A DNA stretch of 64,000 bases from Chiloscyllium plagiosum. Taxonomy: Eukaryota. Below are positions 21,954 through 34,190 of the stretch, piece after piece. The stretch covers positions 43,921,809 to 43,985,808 of the forward strand of contig NC_057718.1 in the NCBI RefSeq assembly GCF_004010195.1, read 5' to 3'. Each line of letters starts with the position of its first letter. Position 1 is the first letter of the stretch. A program made the translations under genes and the position numbers. The notes below the pieces were generated by a model, which had not been told where the DNA came from, searched no databases, and saw only the letters and a program-made list of their open reading frames with translations.

Positions 21954-24499
21954 ATCATAGTTATGAATACAGCAGCAGAAAGCACTTTTAGCAACAAGGT
22001 ATGTGAAATGAAGGACCTGTACAGAAATAGACAAAATGTTTCAGAAGATTTTGGAAGATTAGCCAACTGTAAGTTATCATTTGCAGTAGTATGGGCAAGA
22101 ATTCACTACAGGTGTTGAGAGGATGTAGTCCATATCTGTTAACCTGTGGTAGAAATCCTAAAGTTTCATTGGTAATCAGTGATCAATCCCTATCTTGGCA
22201 GAGACTATAGCTAGCTCTCCATTTTTGGAGTATTTAAGTACACTGCATGAAGGAACAAAGCTTAATGCTCAAGAAAGTATTTGGCTCGACCTGAGGTATA
22301 ATGTAAGGTACTGGGAAATGCATTTCAAACAGGGAGACATAGTTTATTACAAAATAGAGGTGCACAAAGAGAGAACAGGCCTGGGGAAAAAAAATTGCCA
22401 AACACAGAAAAATGATAATTGTACAAACCATTCAGGTACGTCTTCAAGGTTTATGGATTTGGATTACAAATTTGCACATTCCAAAGGAGTTATATAAAGT
22501 AAAAAAAGCACTAGGTATCTCTCATGACTGTATGTTGCACAACTATCAGATTGGTTCAGAATGTTACAATTGACAATTTGTTGGACAAAGGACTGATCCG
22601 TTCTCATGGTCAAAATGAAGCCATTAGTCCCAAATGACAAACAAAGGGTTTACTCAATGGAGAAATGCAGCTATTATAAGTTGAACAGATAAGGCCACTG
22701 GAAAATGTAACAACTGGTTGAATGTACAGGATGAGGGGTATAAGGTTAAGGCCATGGATTGGGAACATGAATTATAAAAGTGGAAGTGAAGAAAATCCAG
22801 TGTAGGATCAAAAATGGCTCTATGAGTGAACAAGGAGATCACACACCATTGAAAAGGATCCTACAAAGAAGAGAGGAAGATCAAAGAGTAATACTCCTGA
22901 TAAAAGTATAAGGTGAGATAAATGGCATAGTTTAACAAAGTCAAGAAATATAGATCAGACAAGGAATATCACTGGGGCAAAGGCTAAGAAAATCTTAGCG
23001 GCTTTGACCAAGTTAGATGACAAGTTTAATAAAAGCTGTTGAACAACAGGAATTACAAAGCTGGAGAATTTGGGGTGTACATTGTTGCAAAATAGGGGAC
23101 CGCCATGCTAATTATACAAATGGACGTAAGCGGTAAAAGGTTTCCCCTAACAAGATTTATAAAGTTAAAGCAAGACTAATGGTGTATGGTTTTGGAGAAA
23201 AACTGAGGGAACAAGATAGAAGAGTAGATTTACTTAAGGCAGGAAAATCAATTTTGAAAGTTTACTTGGCTTTGTTATCAACAAAACTTGGATGTGGATC
23301 AATTGATACTAGAATTACATATCTGCAGGGAGATCAATTCAAAAGGGAAATGTTACTTTGCCTTGCAAAAGTTATCTTTTCAATGCATGTTCACGAATTG
23401 TTTTTTGTGGGGTGGGAACAGTGGACTTCAAAAAATATCATAAATAGGCTAAAAGAAAATATCAGAATTGAAAGTCAGGTTTCATGGACTTTAAATAAAT
23501 TGGTTTGGGAATCAAGCAGAATGAATTGAGTATTGTGCTGCATCAGCAAATTTATTTAGAAAATGTTAACCGTATTACAATTAATAAAAGTAAGGCCTCA
23601 TAAAAAGTTGCAGTGGATTCCAAAACTAAATTGAGGAACTGTAAATTCTGATTGAACAACAGAATTGACAGGGCACACAAACAAGGTCAAATGTAAGTTT
23701 TGAGGTCTTACAATTGAGTCAGACTCAAAAGGTCCCAAGATGGAAGGCAATATTCAGGTAAACAAAACATTGAAAAAAATACAGTATTGTGCTTTGAAAT
23801 TTCCTTCACAGGGACATGCCAGGAACGTGAAACTTATTGTTTCCTGTGCAAATCCCTGTGATGTGCTCGCATGTCCAGGAAGATTTACGATTTTTCTTTT
23901 GGGGAAGAACAGAAATGCTGCCCCGTTAGCTTGAGAAGTTAAAAACATCAGAAGAGTAATAAGAAATATCTCAGGGGCGGAAAGTTATTCTCCTGTTGAT
24001 ACATTAGACATAAGATTTTTCCTAGCAAAAATACTGGAAGAAATTCTAAAAAGGAATTTGGTAACAATATCCATTGAGTGCTACATGATACATCATTGTG
24101 AAATGACACGTGTTTGGCATAACGCTTGAGTGCAGTACAACTGAAGACTCATTTTACAGTTTTTAGACAGATGTTGGATAACGGAGAAATTTCAAAATTG
24201 AAATGGGTGGATAAACACAGTTAGTTATCTGATTATTTTATGAAGAAAGGAACAAGCTCTAAGAAACTGTTAAAAAACTGGAAAAAAGTCATTTGAAACT
24301 TTAAAGTGATCTAAAAGAAGTAGGAATATATGTTGCCATTCTGTACCATATGTTGTAATGTATTTATTAGTTTGTTTTTATCTATCATTTATATTAATAC
24401 ATTTCAATAATGAACAAAAACTGAATGTTATCATCTAGTCAGATCTTGCAGGGATGTCTGACATCAAATGGAACTAGGTAATATGTGATGTTTATATAC

Positions 24500-26480
24500 T
24501 TTTAATTCATTTGTGGGATGTAGGTGTCACTGGCTGGCAAGCATTTATTGCCTGTTCCAGCTGTCCTTGAAAAGGTGGTATTGTGCTGCCTTCATGAACC
24601 ACCACAGTCCATGTGCTGTGGATTGATCCATAATGACCTTAGGAAGAGAATTCCAGGATTTCAACCCAGCGACAGCGAAGGAATGGTAATATATTTCCAA
24701 GTCAGAATGGTGAGTGGCTTGCAGGGGAACCTGCAGGCGGTAGTGTTCCCAAGTATTTGCTGCCTTGTCCTTCTAAATGGAAGTGGTTGTGAGTTTGGAA
24801 GGTGCTAAGGATCTTTAGTGAGCTTCTGCAATGCATCTTGTAGATAGTACACACTGATGTGACTGACCATTGGTGGTGGGGGGAGTAGATGTTTGGGCTA
24901 CTTTGCCCTGGATGGTGTCAAGCTTCTTGAATGTTGATGGAGCTACACCAATCAGACAAATAAATAGTATTCCATCACACTTGTGTCCTGTAGGTGTTGG
25001 ATGTACTTTGGATATTCAGGTGATGAGTTATTCTTTACAGTATTCCTGGCTTCTGACCTGCTCTTGGAGCCATTGTATTTATGTGGTGAGTGCAGCTGAG
25101 TTTCAGGTCAATGGGAATCCCAAGAATATTGATAGTGGGGGTACTCGGTGATGCTAACACCACTGAATATCAAGGGACAGTAGTTAAATCCTCTCATATT
25201 GGTGTTGGTCATTGCCTGGCATTTGTGTGGCATGAACATTACTTACCACTTGTCAGCACAAGCCCGGATATTGTCCAGAACTTGTTACATTTGAACACGG
25301 ACTGCTTCAGTATCTGAGGTGTCATGAATGATGCTGAACATTGTGCAGTCTTTCCCACTTCTGACCTTATGATGGACAGAAGGTTGTTGATAAAGCAGGT
25401 TGGGCATAAAAAACTACCTAAGGAATTCCTACAGATATATTCTGGAACTGAGATGATTGATCTCTAACAACCATTTTCCTTTGTGCCAGTTAGACTCCAG
25501 CCAACATAGATTTTGCCTCCACATACCATCAGTTTCACTTTTTCTAGGGCTCATTGAATCCACACTTGGTTGAATGTGGTCTTGATGTCAAGGGATGTCA
25601 TTTTCACCTCACCTCTGGAATTCATCTCTTTTGTCCATGTTTGAACGAGGCTGTGATGTGGTCAGGAGCTGAGTGGCCCTGGTTGAACCCAAACTGGGTG
25701 TCACTGAGCAGGTGATACTCAATAGCACTGTTACTGATGTTTGAGAGAAGACTGATGGGGTGGTAATTGGCCAGGTTAGATTTATCCTGTTTTTTCTTCA
25801 TACTTGGGCAATTTTCCTCATTTTCGGTAGATGCCAGTGTTACAAGTGTACTAAAGAGTTTGGCTAGAAGATTGGCCTGTTCTGGAGCAGCAATCTTCCC
25901 TACTTTTGCAGGTGTGTTGTCAGGGCCTGTAGCCTTTCCACTACCTAGTGTGTCCAACCATTTCTTGATATCATGTGGAGTGAATCAAATTTACTGAAGG
26001 CTGGCATCTATGATGCTGTGGACACTGGAGGAGGCTGTGATGGATCAATCCTCCAGTACTTCTGACTGAGGAGCGCTGTGAATGCTTCAGCCATATCTTT
26101 TGCACAGATATATTGGACTCTTCCATCATTGAGGGTGGAGATACTTGTGGAACCTCCTCCTCCTCCTCCAGTGAGTTGTTTAATTGTCCATCACCATTCA
26201 TGATTGGATGTGCCAGGGCTGCAGATCTTAGCTCTGATCCATTTGGGGTTGCTTAGCTCCGCCTATCACTTGCTTTTTATGCTGCTTGGCATGCAAGTAG
26301 ACCTGATTAGTGGCTTCCACCAGGTTGATATCTTATTTTTCGGGATGCATGGTGTTGATCCTGATATGCATCCTGCACTCTCCCTTAAACCAGGGTTGAT
26401 CCCCTGGCTTGATGGTATTGGCTGACTAGGGGATATGTCAGGGCAATTGCCTGTAGATTCTGCTGGAGTGCAATTCAATC
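24500..26480 (-). mobile_element. Decayed non-LTR retrotransposon (same family as 4915-6660)
   Basis: ORF 25622-25957 reads KATGPDNTPA...KKKQDKSNLANYHPISLLS...DTQFGFNQGHSAPD (LINE RT N-terminal motifs). Confidence 0.88.
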
Positions 26481-26559
26481 TTTTATAATGGACTGTAACA
26501 TTTTCTGTACTACTGATATCAGGCTAACCAGTCTATAATTCCCTCCATTGTATCCCTTA

Positions 26560-26862
26560 ACTCACAAGAACAAAATAACATTCAACATGTGGTCTCACCC
26601 ATGCCCTGCAAATAGAAGTATTATATCTTTAATTTGATAATTAACTCCTTTCATAATAAAGGATAACATCCCTTTAGCCTTCCTGATTACATGCTATACC
26701 AATATAGTATCTTTTTGTAAGGCATGCACTGGAACATTGTAATGCCTTTGCAACTCGGAATTCCATATTGTTGTTTATTTAATATTCTGTCTTTTTATTC
26801 TTCCTACCAATCTGATCAACTTCACATTTCCCTCATTCTATTCCATCTGCCAGATTTTGCTC
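26560..26862 (-). mobile_element. CR1-like LINE fragment
   Basis: cttcacatttccctcattctattccatctgccag is the reverse complement of the W-Q-M-x-x-N region. Also ataacatcccttagccttcctgatta. Confidence 0.6.
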
Positions 26863-26863
26863 C

Positions 26864-26994
26864 ATTCTTGATGAAGGGCTTATGTCTGAAATGTTGATTC
26901 TCCTTGTCCTGGGATGCTGCCTGGCCAGCTGTGCTTTTCCAGCACCACACTTTTCGACTCTGATCTCCAGCATCTGCTGTCCTCACTTTCTCCT
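26864..26994 (+). mobile_element. PLE terminus inserted in CR1 fragment
   Basis: ttgatgaagggcttatgtctgaaatgttgattctcc...tccagcatctgctgtcctcactttctcc, same family as 378-468 and 42934-43157. Confidence 0.8.
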
Positions 26995-27423
26995 TTTCTC
27001 CACTTACTCAAACTACTGATACCCATTTGCCAGCAGCTGGTATCCTCATTACTCAGGATCCACCTTCTGTGAATACCAGGAGCGGTAAAAGCAGAAAGGT
27101 GGCTGGCACTGAAAATACACAAAGGGGATTTCTTTTGTTTACTTTATGTAATGATTTGAATTTATGAAACTGATCATTGTATGATATGTAATGGCCAGTG
27201 ATGGAAGAATGAGGAGAAGAGAGGCACTGTTGGTGAATAGGAGCTATGTAAAACTTGGCAGAAAGGGGCTGTTTATGTTATAGTCTCCCTCTTTATGCTT
27301 CTCCACTATCTACCGTAGTTCCCCCTTTTATCCTTCTTCATCCTCTTTATCCTCATTTCCCTCATGCTCTGGTTCTCAGCTTCTTACCCAATACACAATA
27401 ATGAGAAGTGTTCTCTCATAATG

Positions 27424-27581
27424 TTAAAAATCACACAACACCAGGTTATAGTCCAACATCTGATGAAGGAGCGTCGCTCCGAATGCTAGTGTGCCTCCAA
27501 CTAAACCTGTTGGACTATAACCTGGTGTTGTGTGACTTTTAACTTTGTACACCCCAGTCCAACACTGGCATCTCCAAATCA
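27424..27581 (+). mobile_element. Second-family PLE-like terminal mini-element with inverted arms and 12-bp TSD
   Basis: TSD tctctcataatg at 27412-27423 and 27582-27593. 36-bp inverted repeat 27423-27458 / 27508-27543. Core ctgatgaaggagcgtcgctccgaatgcta. Confidence 0.8.
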
Positions 27582-28879
27582 TCTCTCATAATGGCACAGT
27601 TATGCAGCATGCTACAATTGATCTTGATACCTATTCAGCTAAAAACTGCAGGGCTTCTTCAGAGCAGTCTAGGCAGCAAAGAAACTAATGCCTGAGGATG
27701 TCACTAGTGTGGTCTATAATGTTAGTTTGTGGTAACATTGGCCAGTAATTACAGTTCTGTTCTATGCATGTGTGGCTGTTTTTGCCCTGAGTCAAGAATA
27801 GGTAATACTTGCCACATTTTGGCTGTTTGTCAAACTGTTAATTGTAAAGACTGCTACCAGGATAATAGGCATTTATCTGCATATTGTGGTACCAGTGTTG
27901 CTCACCAGTTGCATATTGAGGGAATTGAATTCCTATTAACTCATAGAGATCACCTGGGTTCAGCGTTGGCCTAACTGTGGAAGAGCTCAAGCCTATGAAA
28001 ACTCTTTTGTTCACATTGCTTGCTTATCTCTGCCAATGGTAATTATATTAAATTGCTTCCATATTTATAAGGAACCTCAATGAGTGGTCTCAAGGGCAAA
28101 GCACAGTTTGAGATATTTGTTACATCTCTAACAGCAGCATATATTGAGCTATAAAAGTTAAGATATATGGTCACCTTGATGTTCACAGTCAATGTGTTTC
28201 TTGACCTGCTTTGATTTTGCATTTGTAGCAGCAGTAGGTAGAAGATTTCAGCCACAACCACTTCTATGAAGTAGAAACATTTTTTAGATTAGCAGCTTTT
28301 GTCAAAGTTGAGTTAAGAGAATTGTTTCCTGAAATCCTTAGGCAAATGTCACCTCCTTCTGAGAATCTTTCTCTGCCTCATCATTATTCTTCTTCCAGAA
28401 GCATGTCCTGCTCTATATGTCCCTCTTAATTCTCCCATTCATGTGCAAATCCTAGAAAGTGCCTTACCAGATTTATCTGGAAGTAACTGTTTCAGCACGA
28501 TCTTTTAGATGAACAGAAATGCACTACAGCACTAGTCATACAATTCCCTTTAGGTATTCAGTCTTTGTTTTCAGTTAAAGCTTCAATACACTCTAACACC
28601 TAAGTTGTAAATAGTTCTCAATGCTACTTAGTACAATAATTCCTCACTAAGTATTGATTCAGTCAACATTGCTCATTATAATGTATGTTATTATTTGTTA
28701 TTATTTCATGTATGTCATGGTTGTGATGATTGTTCCAACCTTTTAGTCATTTTTTTAAATACATGATACTCAGTCTTATTCACATGGGCATTCCATTAGA
28801 AACATTACCAACTGAGACTGTTAAAATTTCAACACTTTCTTGAAAAGAAATACATACTTAATTGAAGTTGTTTTGCCTT

Positions 28880-29190
28880 GCACTAAAGGGAAAACTGAAT
28901 TACATGGATATTCCAAGGGTTAAACCTTGATCAATTGGAGTCAAACTGCCTGGTTTAAAATTTAAACTAAGTTTTGCAGTTAACTGTCAGTCATCATCAA
29001 TTGCTGCATTCTCAATAGTTATACATTTTCCAATCAGAGTCCACTTGCCAACCAATGAGCACTCTTTTCTCATGCAGTATATATTTCTTTTCCTTTTATG
29101 TTATTTTTCTTGTGAATTGTCCTGATAAGCGCAAGATGTAAAGCTTTGACAAAATGCGTTTTGTTTAACAATACTTAATTTATATCTATC
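28880..29190 (+). mobile_element. Interspersed repeat with CCAAT/CCAAT/TATA-like block followed by decayed minimal hammerhead core (probable PLE-type terminal repeat)
   Basis: ccaatcagagtccacttgccaaccaatgagc...gtatatattt, then ttgtc-ctgataag-cgcaagat-gtaaagcttt-gacaa at 29117-29152. Confidence 0.55.
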
Positions 29191-29949
29191 AGGCAACATT
29201 GGAAGCTAAGATAGGTACTTCAGCGATGTCAATAAAGCCAATTTGTGTACTTCTGAGGTTGCAGGTCCTTCTGAAGAAAACTCCTAACAACATCCTGCTG
29301 TTATGCAGAGAAACTGAATGCACTTGTGAAAGGCAACGCAACACAAATTAAATGATCAGAAGTAAGTCAATTCACTATTATGATAATTTGATCAATGACT
29401 CCCTTCAGACAGTAGCCAGCCCATTCACAGAACCTGCAGATGACCCTAAAAAGAACCACCTAACTCCAGTTATACATTGATTGATATAAACAAATCTGAT
29501 TCACTTCACCTCATTTCACTTAAAGTCACACTATTCAGGGACACAACTAAAGTGACAAATTATTGTGGTGGTGGTGGTGGAGGAGAAGGTGGAAATCCTT
29601 CATTCTTTTTAATCGTTTTTTCAGAGTAAAATGAGTGTTGTTGGAATGTACAGTTTAGAAATATCAGGGCTGCTCTCAAATCAGCATTGCACGCTGTTTG
29701 ATGTTGTAATCTGTCCTACCATATATTGTTTTTATTTAACCTATTTTTCCTGATCAACCTGTTTAGTGATGTTATTATACACCTCTGGAATAGGTGAGAC
29801 CTTCAACAAACAATTGCTCATGAACACAATTGAAGTCCCAAACACTTGACAAATATCCTTATGAACTTTGTCTTTCCTTCTGCAGTCAGAATTCATTATA
29901 AACCAATATTATGAGGCTGCAAGTTGATATGTGTGCTTTGTCAATCTTG

Positions 29950-30050
29950 TGAAGTCCAAGGGTCATACTGGACTTGTAATGTTAACTCTATTTTTCTGCC
30001 CATAGATGCTGCTAGCTGTGCTGAATTTCCCAAACACTGTCTATTTTCAT
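29950..30050 (+). mobile_element. Old PLE terminus
   Basis: aagggtcatactggacttgtaatgttaactctatttttctgcccatagatgctgc, related to 5486-5600 and 39738-39868. Confidence 0.55.
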
Positions 30051-30069
30051 ACTAATGTACTTCTTCTCA

Positions 30070-30472
30070 GGTGGCTCAGTGGTTAGCACTGCTGCCTCAC
30101 AGTACCAGGGACCTGGTTTTGATTCCCACCTCAGATGACTGTGTGGATTTCCTCCAGGTGCTCTAGTTTCCCCCCACAATCCAAAGATGTGCAGGTTAGG
30201 TGTATTGGCCATGCTAAATTGCCCAGTGTTCAAAGATGAGCCTTCCTTACTTCCGTGAAAACGCAGCCTGTGAATGTTTGTTCTGGAGTCATGGAGGTTG
30301 TGGAAGTTAATAATGGGAGGGGAATCATCATGGGATTCTGATTTTCTTGTTTCTGCATCTTTTATTATTTGACAGTTAAATGTGGGGTACAGGGTAGAGG
30401 GGTGAGTCTGGTGGGATACAATTTGGTATGGACCTGTAGGGCTGAATGACCTGTTTCCACATTGTGGAAATT
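30070..30472 (+). mobile_element. HE1/V-SINE-like SINE interrupted by a 145-bp copied segment
   Basis: ggtggctcagtggttagcactgctgcctcacag head, V-core ccacaatccaaagatgtgcaggttagg, tail gggctgaatgacctgtttccaca. Confidence 0.82.
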
Positions 30473-30881
30473 GTATTTGTGATCTTTTCTTAGACTCTAA
30501 TCACAGATGAAATAGAATTCATTCTATTAATGTTTCTTTTAATGTTAACTTGCCCTCACTCCCAAAAATTGAACTTGCCGTTTTCTGAAATAGTACAAAA
30601 TTATTTGACGAAGAATAAGCAGTTCATGACTACTATTTATACTATGAAACAGTTTGGATGAAGTCAGTGCTGGCTTATCTATTGCTATCCTTAATACTGA
30701 TCAGAACAATTGCTGCCAGAACCTGATACTTCATCCTGGAGAACCACGTCCACCAAAAACTTATTACAATAAACTGATCTTGAATAGTAATGCCAGACCA
30801 GCAGGAAACATTGCAGGTGTCCAAAGCATTTGAAGATAACACATAACAGCTCTGAAAGATTAGCAACAGGCAATAAACCAC

Positions 30882-31025
30882 TGAGCCTTCCTTACTTCAG
30901 TGAAAACGTAGCATGGGAATGCTTGTTCTGGAGTCATGGAGGTTGTGGAAGATAATAATGGGAGGGGGTCATCATAAGATTCTGATTTTCTCATCTCTGC
31001 ATCTTTTATTATTTGGCAGTTAAAT
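30882..31025 (+). repeat. 144-bp segment duplicated at 30237-30381
   Basis: Direct alignment from tgagccttccttacttc to cagttaaat. Confidence 0.9.
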
Positions 31026-32134
31026 ATACCATGAAACATTCATGTTGTTCACTAATCTCCTTTTCTTCATCTTGCCATGTAAGGGAAGACTCATTAAAGC
31101 CAATCATTCTGGCTCTGCCAGCACTTCAGAGTCACGAGTGACTTGATCCCTTTTAAGCTCAGTGGTTAGTAGAGTCAGTGCCCAATAATGGAATGTGCTC
31201 AGATATGTGTGCTGTCTCTCAGAATAGCAGCACAGGCATACTCTTCAATCTACCCCTGCTGACATCAGCACATGTAGCCAAAAGGATGCAGGATGAGATT
31301 ACTCATGATTTTGCACAGCATGTGTAGCCTGCAGCTGGTCCCTCTTGAGATTTAGCTGCCACGAGATGATGGCTAAATGATTCCTTTACTACTGCAGCAA
31401 CAGCCCACTTCAAGCATTTCTCCAACTCAAGTAGAATGTGGGAAAACATATAGTTTGGTGTAAAATTTCACATTTCGAACTTGTAGCAAGGTGAGAAACA
31501 CAGCAACAAGAATTGTTGAACAGAATGGCTTTGCATAACTTAATTACTGTAATAACTTTGTTATTTGCAGAATGCCTTGTGATGCTGTGATAGCATTCCT
31601 GCTTCGGAACCAGGAGCTCATGGACTTGTTAGTTATGGAAGGTACATTCATAGCTATTAACCTGTGGTTAGTTGTCAAAGTAACAGAGTTTCCTAGTCAG
31701 CCATGCCTGATATGGAGCAGTCTCCCTCAAACTATAACTGCTGGCAATTTGTTTCAGGAAATAACAGCCACAGAAAGAAACGTAAGCACATGTGCTAATC
31801 AACACTGGAAAGTTCTACATCCAATGCAAATTCAGTGCAAAGAACAGCTTCATCACTGGTGCATTTTTGTACACTGGTGACAACAAAATGTGAGCATTCT
31901 TTCACAATATATCTTGCATTCTGATTTACTTTTATACAGGTGAACTGAAACAAATGTATACTCCATAAATCCCATTCCCAAATTATACAGTAATTCATTA
32001 GTTGCCTTTATTAAAGGTGGAAAGTCATTTTCCTTAAGTCCACATTTACTTTGAGTTGCTACCAATCACTCCTTGCCTTCTTCTTGGTACCCTCATTCCC
32101 ATTCTGATCATTACTTTAAAAAACACTTTTAATA

Positions 32135-32430
32135 ATGGTAGCTCAGAGGTTAGCAGTGCTACCTCAGAGCACCAGAGATCCAGGTTCGACGCCAGCCTTG
32201 GGTGACTTGGGTGTGTGTGGAGTTTTGATATTCTCTCCAGGTGCTCCAGTTCCCTCCCACAGTCCAAAGACGTGAGGATTGGATGGATTGGCCATGCTAA
32301 ATTGCCTATAGTATGCAGGATAGGTGGATTAGCCCAGGGAAATATAAGGTTATAGGATAGGGGTGCTGTTTGAAGAATCACTGTGGACGCAATGAGTGAA
32401 ATGGCCTGCTTCCACACCATAGGGATTCAT
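32135..32430 (+). mobile_element. HE1/V-SINE-like SINE
   Basis: A box tggtagctcagaggttagc, B box ggttcgacgcc, V-core ctcccacagtccaaagacgtg, CR1-like tail. Confidence 0.85.
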
Positions 32431-33652
32431 AGAGTGCTGTCGCAGTCCTTGTTATATCCAGCAGTTTTCCAGTCCTGTTTAATTAAGGCTGGAAAACAAT
32501 GGTGATTTTGTTGTAAGTTTACCTGTTCAATGATTGCTTCTGTGTTGCTGCCAGTCAGCCTAACTCTGCCTAATGCAGCATCCTTTGTAAAGTACTTAAC
32601 CTGTTACAATCTCAGAAATGTAAAACAGAAATGTAAAAGAGTGAACAGCAATTTAATCAACCTCAACTAGAAGAAGACGGAGGAATGGTTTAGATCCTTT
32701 TGTTAATCAAGATGCAAAGAATAATAATTAAAAGATCTTCCTGAAATTTTAAGCTGGCATGCTTTTCAGATGCTAACTTATGAGTTGTATAATTCTAGCA
32801 TTTCCTGTTTATTTTACACACAGAATTGATTTTCAGATTCAAATCAACCTTTCTTAAAAGTTACTGCCCAGACATTCAAATAGCAAGATCACCGCTGTAC
32901 CAGTCTAGACAGGAGTTGCATTTTTGAGCATTCTCCCAACTGAATTTAGACATTCTTATTTTCAAATAACCTCTTCAGGGTTCCAACCAAATACTCTTGG
33001 TTTGGAATTTAGTTTGTCTCCTTACACTGAGATAAAGTTTCTCTTAATAGCTCTAAACTATCTCTTTTCCTCAAGTGAAACTGTTTTACATATCTAACTT
33101 CCACTAGGATGTCCAGGAACTGAAATCCACATTATTCCCAGGCTATCATTGGTCTCTCCCAAACCAAAAGAAATCCCAATACCTTCCAATTGAAAGCCTA
33201 ATCTAACTCACTGTTTACTTGATGTAGATTCCCATTGTACTCCAGGTAATACTTCTCATTTTTACTTTAAAAAGAATCATAGTTCCAGAAAGCTTTGCAA
33301 TTTAATCATTAAACCCTTTCAAAGATAAAAACCAAAACCTATTTGCCACCAATTCAAAATCTAAACCTGAAAAGAATTGTTATGCACGTATATAAATTAC
33401 ACACATAACACACACCACTTCCTAAATGTTTTACTTCAGATGACATATGTGCATGGGAAAAGCCAATAATGCATTTTTGTGTAATGTTCACTTTGAGAAC
33501 AAAGTGGAAGAAGGATAATTTGCTTTCTGATTTTGACATCATTAGGTTCTCTGTGACCTGAGATTGCCATATGGATGCAAACTCTTGCGGTGATGAGGTT
33601 CCAACCTGTCCAGTGACTAGAATTGATGAGAGCAGACACAAGCAAATTTCTC

Positions 33653-34190
33653 CATAGAGTCATAGAGATGTACAGCACAGAAACAAACCCTTCAGTCCAA
33701 CTTGTCCATGCCGACCAGATCCCAACCTGCCAGCACCAGGCCCATATCCCACCAAACCTTTCCTATTCATATACTCATCCAAATGCCTCCCAACTCCGGT
33801 ACTCAATACTCTGACCAATAAAGGAAAGCATACCAATGCCTCCTTCACTATCCTATCTACCTACAAATACACTTTCATGGAGCTATGAACCTGCACTCAA
33901 AGGTCTCTTTGTTCAGCAACACTTCCTAGGACCTTACCATTAAATGTATAAGTCCTGCTAAGATTTGCTTTCTCAAAAATCAGTACCTCACATTTATCTA
34001 AATTAAACTCCATCTGCCAGTTCTCAGCCCACTGGCCATCTGATCAAGATCCCGTTGTAATCTGAGGTAACCTTCTTCGCTGTCCACTACACCTCCAATT
34101 TTGGTGTTATCTGCAAACTTATTAACTATACCTCTTATGCTCACATCCAAATCATTTATTTAAATGATGAAAAGTGGTGGACCCAACACC
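33653..34190 (-). mobile_element. CR1-like LINE 3' portion with internal deletion
   Basis: Tail catagagtcatagag; RT motif region ttggtgttatctgcaaactt (reverse K-F-A-D-N-T-K). Junction near 33790. Confidence 0.85.

Larger units (their letters stand above)
18585..24490 (+). mobile_element. Decayed Ty1/copia LTR retrotransposon (gag-PR-INT-RT-RNaseH)
   Basis: Domains read in copia order. Gag LLTFMDKIY..YIIDFSRLY..LEIPQSVLA (~19040-19260); protease NCAVLNSG (~19745); integrase IDLATRFS, NNGG and TAAESTFSN (~20240-21995); RT KARLMVYGFGE..SIDTRITYLQG..MHVHE (23165-23400); RNaseH IRRVIRNISGAE and KWVDKHS*LSDYFMKKG (23950-24250). Related LTR starts at 18585 and 24426 share atcaaatggaactagg. Confidence 0.85.

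Noticed and set aside
32135..32205. tRNA gene (also 6470-6543, 30070-30130, 56888-56960)
   Set aside because: A/B boxes are SINE heads continuing into the V-core and LINE tail; no full cloverleaf.
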